From NCBI GenBank assembly GCA_951812805.1, contig CATOSZ010000007.1:13959-77958 (forward strand): 64,000 nucleotides of DNA, given 5' to 3'. The DNA is from an uncultured Alphaproteobacteria bacterium (GTDB lineage: Bacteria > Pseudomonadota > Alphaproteobacteria > GCA-2731375). Under the pieces are notes generated by a model that was not told the origin of the DNA, did not search any database, and saw only the letters and a program-made list of their open reading frames with translations. Positions 59,081-64,000 of the stretch are shown in pieces. The position numbers and the translations under genes were made by a program. Numbering within the stretch: the stretch's first letter is position 1; each line of letters begins with the position of its first letter.

Positions 59081-59563
59081 CTAGAAGCGATAGCGCAGGC
59101 CGACGGTCATGTTGTGAACGCCGTCCTCGATTCCGGCCTCTTCGGTCGTGAAATACCGGTACTGGGCCTGAAGGGTGGTGCTCTCGTTCAGCTTGTAGCC
59201 GAGCCCGGCTCCGGCCTGGTAGGCGAAGACCCAGTCGGTCTTGTCGTCTTTCGATGTTCGTGCGTAGTCGGTTTGGATTCTGGCGCCGCCGATGCCGCCG
59301 CCGATGAACGGCGTCCAGCGGCTTGCCGTGTGGAGGTCGTACCAGCCGTTCACCATCAGGCCGAGCGACGAGACTTTGCCTTCTACGTCGGTCGAGCGTC
59401 CGTTTATGGCGTGCTTGTCAATCTCGGCGTTTCGCCACGACAGTTCCCCTTCGACGCGGAAGGGGTTGAAGTCATGGCCGACAGTCCCGTCCAGTGCGTA
59501 TCCCGCGTCGAGTTGGGTTTTGTGTCTTTCCGCGCCCACTTTCTCTGATTCGTCGCTAAAGAG
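59081..59563 (-). pseudogene. Outer-membrane beta-barrel (OmpA-like/porin-family) gene, 5'-truncated by IS21 copy B
   Basis: Alternating beta-strand pattern with a terminal ..VGLRYRF. There is no signal peptide, and the open frame continues up to the IS boundary. Confidence 0.75.
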
Positions 59564-59679
59564 TGTGAATCGGCATGCAAAACTGACCCACTTTGGTGGG
59601 TTATGAGCGGTAAGAATTGACCCACCTGGAACGCTAGCATCCGCACGGAACAGTGCGGAGGAAAGAGCAGGTGGTATTG

Positions 59680-61179
59680 ATGGAAAGCGTATTGAAGATC
59701 CGACGTTGGATATTACGGGAGGGTCGGAGTATCCGATCTGTATCTCGTCAGACTGGTTTGTCGCGGAACACGATTAAGAAGTATCTGAAGGACGGCGATC
59801 CACCGAGCTATCAGCGGCGCGTTTCACCCGTCCGGCGTAAGCTTAGCGATGGCTTCGCCAGCCGGCTTCGGGCGCTCTTTGAGCAGGACCTGGGGCGCCC
59901 GCGCCGTGAGCGCCGGACGGCCAAGAAGCTTTATGAGCAGCTTGTGTCGGAAGGCTATAGCGGATCCTACTCGACGGTTCAGAGGTTTGTCCGCGACCTG
60001 AAGCGTTCTGGCGCCGGATCGGGGGATGCGTTCATTCCGTTGCACTTTACGGCAGGTGACGCGCTCCAGTTTGACTGGAGCACGGAATACGCTGTCCTGG
60101 GCGGTGTCGAGCAGAAGGTAAAGGTTGCCCACTTCCGCCTATGTCATAGCCGCAAGCCCTTTGTTGTTGCCTATCCCAGCGAATCTCAGGAGATGGTGCT
60201 GGACGCCTTTGCACGGGCGATGTCTTTCTATGGCGGCGTACCGCGCCGGGTGATCATCGACAACCCCAAGACGATGGTAACCTATGTTTCGCGCTCTAAG
60301 GACCGTGTGTTCCATCCGCGCTTTCTGGCGTTGATGAACCACTATGTGATGGAACCGGTTGCTTGCACACCCGCGGCGGGGTGGGAGAAGGGTCAGATTG
60401 AGAACCAGGTTGGGTTCCTGCGGGGACAGCTGTTTGCGCCCAAGCCCGCCTTTGACGATCTGGATGCGCTGAACGGCTGGTTGCGTCTGCGCTGCGAGGA
60501 ATTGGCGAATCGCGCCCACCCCGAACAATCGGATCGCAAGATCTCGGACGTGTTCGCAGACGAGTGCGCCGAACTGCGTCCCCTGGGCCGGGCTTTTGAC
60601 GGCTATGTTGAGAAGGCCGCTCGTGTCCGCTCTACCTGTCTGGTCCAATATGCCACCAATCGCTATAGCGTCCCCTCCCGGTTCGCCGGGGAGCTTGTCT
60701 CTCTGCGCGCCTATGCGGACCGGATCGTGGTTGTGTCAGGGCAGAATGTGATTGCCGAGCACAAGCGCCGCTTTACCCGCAACGCCAGCTATTTCGAGCC
60801 CTGGCATTACCTGCCCCTACTCGACCGCAAGCCCGGCGCGCTGAGAGATGGCGCGCCCTTTGTGGGTTGGCAATTGCCTGAGGCGATGCACCGGGTCAGG
60901 GCGCATTACATGGCCGGCAAAGGCGGGGACCGGGAGTTTGTCGATCTGCTCCTGCTGGCCCAGGATCACGGGATCGAGGTGGTCGAGATAGCCTGTGAAC
61001 TGGCCGTGGAGCAGAACACGCTGCGCCTTCCGGCCATCATCAATCTGATCAACCAACTGGTGGAGCCGGTCATCGCGCCATGGGGCGAGAGCCACGCCTA
61101 TCCGCAACTGACCTTGCGGCCCGAAGCGGACTGCAAGCGCTATGAGACGCTGTGCGTTGCCGGGGAGGCCGTCGCATGA
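59680..61179 (+). CDS. istA: IS21-family transposase IstA (copy B)
   Basis: Protein identical to copy A in the ORF track. Confidence 0.9.
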   Translation: MESVLKIRRWILREGRSIRSVSRQTGLSRNTIKKYLKDGDPPSYQRRVSPVRRKLSDGFASRLRALFEQDLGRPRRERRTAKKLYEQLVSEGYSGSYSTVQRFVRDLKRSGAGSGDAFIPLHFTAGDALQFDWSTEYAVLGGVEQKVKVAHFRLCHSRKPFVVAYPSESQEMVLDAFARAMSFYGGVPRRVIIDNPKTMVTYVSRSKDRVFHPRFLALMNHYVMEPVACTPAAGWEKGQIENQVGFLRGQLFAPKPAFDDLDALNGWLRLRCEELANRAHPEQSDRKISDVFADECAELRPLGRAFDGYVEKAARVRSTCLVQYATNRYSVPSRFAGELVSLRAYADRIVVVSGQNVIAEHKRRFTRNASYFEPWHYLPLLDRKPGALRDGAPFVGWQLPEAMHRVRAHYMAGKGGDREFVDLLLLAQDHGIEVVEIACELAVEQNTLRLPAIINLINQLVEPVIAPWGESHAYPQLTLRPEADCKRYETLCVAGEAVA

Positions 61180-61907
61180 AAGCTTTGATAGACCAACTGA
61201 TCGCCCTGAGGCTGTATGGAATGGCGGCTTGCGCCGAAGCTTTGCTGGCCGCGCGCAAGCCGCCAAGTCTGACCACTGCGATAAAGCAACTGATCGACGC
61301 CGAGACTGTAGAGCGCCGGGTGCGCTCTATCCAGCACCAAATGCGGGCCTCGAAGTTCCCCCACCATAAGGACTTCGCCACTTTCGATTACGGCCTAGCC
61401 GCCGTCACCCAAGCGCAAATCGACCCCTTCTGCTCAGGGCAGTTCACCCAGGAGGCCCACAACCTCATTCTGGTGGGCGGAACCGGTACGGGCAAAACCC
61501 ACATCGCCATTGCTCTGGGGACGCTGTTGATCAATCAGGGAAAGAAGGTCCGTTTCTTCAACGCCGTCGATCTGATCAATGCGCTGATCAAGGAACAGGC
61601 CGAAGGCAACGCCGGCAAGATCATCCGGCAACTGACGGCCATGGATTGCGTCATCATCGACGAACTGGGCTATATCCCATTCCCCAAATCCGGCGGTGCG
61701 CTCTTGTTCCACCTGATCAGCAAACTCTATGAGAAGACCAGCGTCATCATCACCACCAATCTGGAGTTCGGGGAATGGGTCTCCGTCTTCGGAGATGCAA
61801 AAATGACAACCGCGTTGCTGGATCGTGTAACGCATCACTGCGCAATCATCGAAACAGGCAACATGTCTTACCGCTTCGCACAAAGCAAACAGCGACGACA
61901 AAAGTAG
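61176..61907 (+). CDS. istB: IS21-family ATPase IstB (copy B)
   Basis: Protein identical to copy A in the ORF track. Confidence 0.9.
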   Translation: MKALIDQLIALRLYGMAACAEALLAARKPPSLTTAIKQLIDAETVERRVRSIQHQMRASKFPHHKDFATFDYGLAAVTQAQIDPFCSGQFTQEAHNLILVGGTGTGKTHIAIALGTLLINQGKKVRFFNAVDLINALIKEQAEGNAGKIIRQLTAMDCVIIDELGYIPFPKSGGALLFHLISKLYEKTSVIITTNLEFGEWVSVFGDAKMTTALLDRVTHHCAIIETGNMSYRFAQSKQRRQK

Positions 61908-62482
61908 CCGCCCTGTAAGCAAAGCCCCAGGCTGATCCGCTATATGGAGCCAATCAGCCTGGGGGCTTTCATCGCAAAGGCGGGCAAATCAAAACGGGTC
62001 CTGTACAGATTGTTCTGCAAAAGGGGTTTCGTAGCTGGGGCACAAGTCCGGGCCGATGGGGTGGATGAGCTGCCTCCGGTTGGTCCGGGCTCTCGCGATC
62101 GAAATCCATGAGGACTGGCTGGATGCCAACCGCTAGCTCAACATGATCCATCTCAAGGAGAGCAAAAGCGAACGCATCCAGAAAGCCGCCTGACGGCGGC
62201 TCGGCATGCCTGGCGCTCCGAGCAATCGAAATCTCCGCGCCAGGCATGCCGGTGGCCCTCATCGGCAGCCATGACAAACTTGCAGAACAGTCTGGACACT
62301 ACTTCAAAAGCTCATTGCCACTTCAAGAACCCCACCTGATCCCCACGTTCCGCCGCCGGCCCGGTTGTCCCGGTGGGCCCACAGGCCCCTCCCACGCGGC
62401 TTCGCTCCGCGTAACGCAAAGCGCTACACGAAGCCGCGCGGGGCCCTCCCGTGGACTACCGGGACAACCTCCGTCGAAGCAA

Positions 62483-62492
62483 GGGGGGGGGG
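62483..62492. repeat. Poly-G tract, 10 G
   Basis: Counted directly. It is the homologous position to 52690-52701. Confidence 0.9.
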
Positions 62493-62712
62493 TCAATTTT
62501 GCACGCCGATAGGGGGTCAGAATTAAATGCTGATTGACACTTAGGGGAATATCGACGCCTTGCTTACCGGTGAGGAGGAATCGACTTTCGTCTCGCCGTG
62601 CCTGAAACAGCAGGGCGCATTAGTATGCATTGAATTTATATAGATTAACACCATATCGATTCTCGAAATTATTGATGTGGTGGCGAAGCACCGGCACATC
62701 GAGGGAGCGCAA

Positions 62713-63897
62713 ATGGAGGCCCTGGTTGGAATTGTCGCCGAGCTCCTGGTGCATTGCGCTGCTGGGATCGTCGCGGTCGTCGTCGATGTCGTGGCCGGGC
62801 TCGTCGGGTTGATCGCACAGCTGTTCGGCTGGAGCCCGCCGTCCTTCAAGCGTATCGCCCTGGTGGTTTCGGCGCTCGCTTTCTCACTTTTGGTTCTTTG
62901 TCTCTCCGCCGTCGCGGTTCTGAGCGCCTTCTTCTTCGAGCCGACCAGTCGCTGGATCGCCGACCGGGTCGGCGCGTCGACGGGCTATGAAATCGCCTTC
63001 GAAGGCGCCAGTGGGAACCTTCTTACCGGGCGAATGTCTCTTGACCGTGTCGAGATCCGCAGAACCGGGCTGGCGGCGGACAGTTTCGCCCTGGACCTCG
63101 AAAAGGTGATACTCGACGTCGACTTGGTTGGCTCCCTGATCGGCGCGTCCAAGGTCGAGAGACTGCGCATCGATGGCGTGCGTGGCGTCGTGACCGCCGA
63201 TGGTGGCGGCCGTGCGGGCGGTGGCCCGCCGCTCAATCTGGTGAAGGCGGCAGGGCGATTGAACTTCGTCGTTCGCGACCTCCAAATCGCCGATGTCGAT
63301 ATCCATCTGGGCCGGCCCGACGGCCCACCGGTACGCTATGTCTTCACGCGGTTGGCCGTTGCACCGTTCCGCGGCTACCTGGCGCTTTTCGATCTGCTCT
63401 TCCGATCCAATATCTCCGGTGAAATCGACGGCCACCGCATCGACATTGCAACGAGCGGCAGCGCCGCCGGTCGAAAGACACAATGGAAGTTCGATGCCCT
63501 GCCCGTCGATCTAGTGCGTCACTATGTCGGCGTGGCCCCTGCGACCTGGCTCCAGGCCGGCGTGCTCGAAATCGAGGTCGAGGATCGTTGGCGCCGCGAT
63601 GATGAAGAGACGACGTTCGACATGGACTGGCGCCTGCGCTTCCTCGAGCCGCGCGTCTCGGCGCCGGCCGGCGCTTCCCTGATCGAGCGGGCAGCCGTCA
63701 ACGCCATGTCGAAGCACATGAACGGCCGCGAAGATGTTCTGATCGCCTTCACCATGCGTTATGCCGAGGGTGACTTCGCAAGCACGGCATCGACGGACGC
63801 CAGCGCTCTTTGGCGTGCCATTCTCAAAGCTATGATCTTGGCGCTGGAAGAAATGTCCAAAGCGAAAGATCAACCGACGCCGAACTCGCGCAAATAG
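62713..63897 (+). CDS. Hypothetical membrane-anchored protein (AsmA/DUF748-like is only a guess)
   Basis: The ATG at 62713 has a GAGGGAG SD 5 nt upstream. There are two N-terminal hydrophobic segments, then a soluble region with reiterated beta-rich segments (LDRVEIRR.., VERLRIDGVRGVV.., VVRDLQIADVDIHL). Confidence 0.7.
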   Translation: MEALVGIVAELLVHCAAGIVAVVVDVVAGLVGLIAQLFGWSPPSFKRIALVVSALAFSLLVLCLSAVAVLSAFFFEPTSRWIADRVGASTGYEIAFEGASGNLLTGRMSLDRVEIRRTGLAADSFALDLEKVILDVDLVGSLIGASKVERLRIDGVRGVVTADGGGRAGGGPPLNLVKAAGRLNFVVRDLQIADVDIHLGRPDGPPVRYVFTRLAVAPFRGYLALFDLLFRSNISGEIDGHRIDIATSGSAAGRKTQWKFDALPVDLVRHYVGVAPATWLQAGVLEIEVEDRWRRDDEETTFDMDWRLRFLEPRVSAPAGASLIERAAVNAMSKHMNGREDVLIAFTMRYAEGDFASTASTDASALWRAILKAMILALEEMSKAKDQPTPNSRK

Positions 63898-64000
63898 GCA
63901 CCGATCGCCGCGATGCCGACGGCACCGCTCGCCCGCAGCCGGCCTGCGTTGGCGGCCTCGATGCCGCCGAGCGCATAGACCGGCAGGGAGGCCGCGGCGA
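63870..64000 (-). CDS. 3' end of a thiamine-phosphate-synthase-like gene (partial, continues off-window)
   Basis: The reverse strand reads ..LPVYALGGIEAANAGRLRASGAVGIAAIGAYL..*, matching the ThiE-type C-terminal pattern. It overlaps the convergent gene by 28 nt. Confidence 0.4.
   Translation of the reverse strand, partial: AAASLPVYALGGIEAANAGRLRASGAVGIAAIGAYLREFGVG

Larger units (their letters stand above)
59564..62539 (+). mobile_element. IS21-family insertion sequence, copy B (2976 bp)
   Basis: Co-linear with copy A at an offset of 9793 nt. The differences I found are C52287 versus T62080 and a poly-G of 12 versus 10. Confidence 0.85.

Overview
This is a 64-kb high-GC segment that reads like an alphaproteobacterial replicon region remodelled by insertion sequences. 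It falls into three blocks.

(1) 1-10.4 kb holds the remains of an integrative or plasmid-like module:
- a 5'-truncated IS1182-type transposase;
- a 13-bp tandem array;
- a lower-GC orphan 486-aa gene, bracketed by two diverged copies of the recombinase leader;
- a large serine recombinase;
- a translationally coupled repC(C-terminal)-like/parA/parB-like operon, cut by a 2.6-kb IS21-family element that ends 8 nt before the next gene.

(2) 10.4-49.3 kb is mostly metabolic cargo:
- an SLC13/TrkA-C permease, hydrolases and a secreted nuclease;
- a secreted-protein plus 957-aa membrane coiled-coil pair;
- a large oxidative / acyl-CoA gene set with four luciferase-like monooxygenases, CoA ligase, CoA transferase, two crotonases, three SDRs, two DapA-like aldolases and a ferredoxin-reductase-type flavoprotein;
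- three tandem adenylate-cyclase/TPR paralogues;
- rhodanese-ChrB/ChrA.
- I recognised no transcription factor in this block.

(3) 49.4-62.5 kb is an IS graveyard. Two near-identical 2.98-kb IS21-family copies lie in direct orientation around 6.8 kb of conjugative-element-like debris. That debris includes an IS630-family element inserted at a TA inside a nuclease gene, and this element is itself split by an IS4-type element with a 9-bp target duplication.

I saw no rRNA, tRNA or CRISPR array, and I could not recognise a complete known defence or toxin system. The least explained items are the repeat-bracketed orphan gene, two sets of 22-bp-phased direct repeats, a conserved ~75-bp intergenic repeat downstream of nuclease genes, the structured passenger segment with a variable poly-G tract inside the IS21 copies, and the secreted/coiled-coil gene pair. 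All family calls are from motif recognition by eye; no database search was possible.
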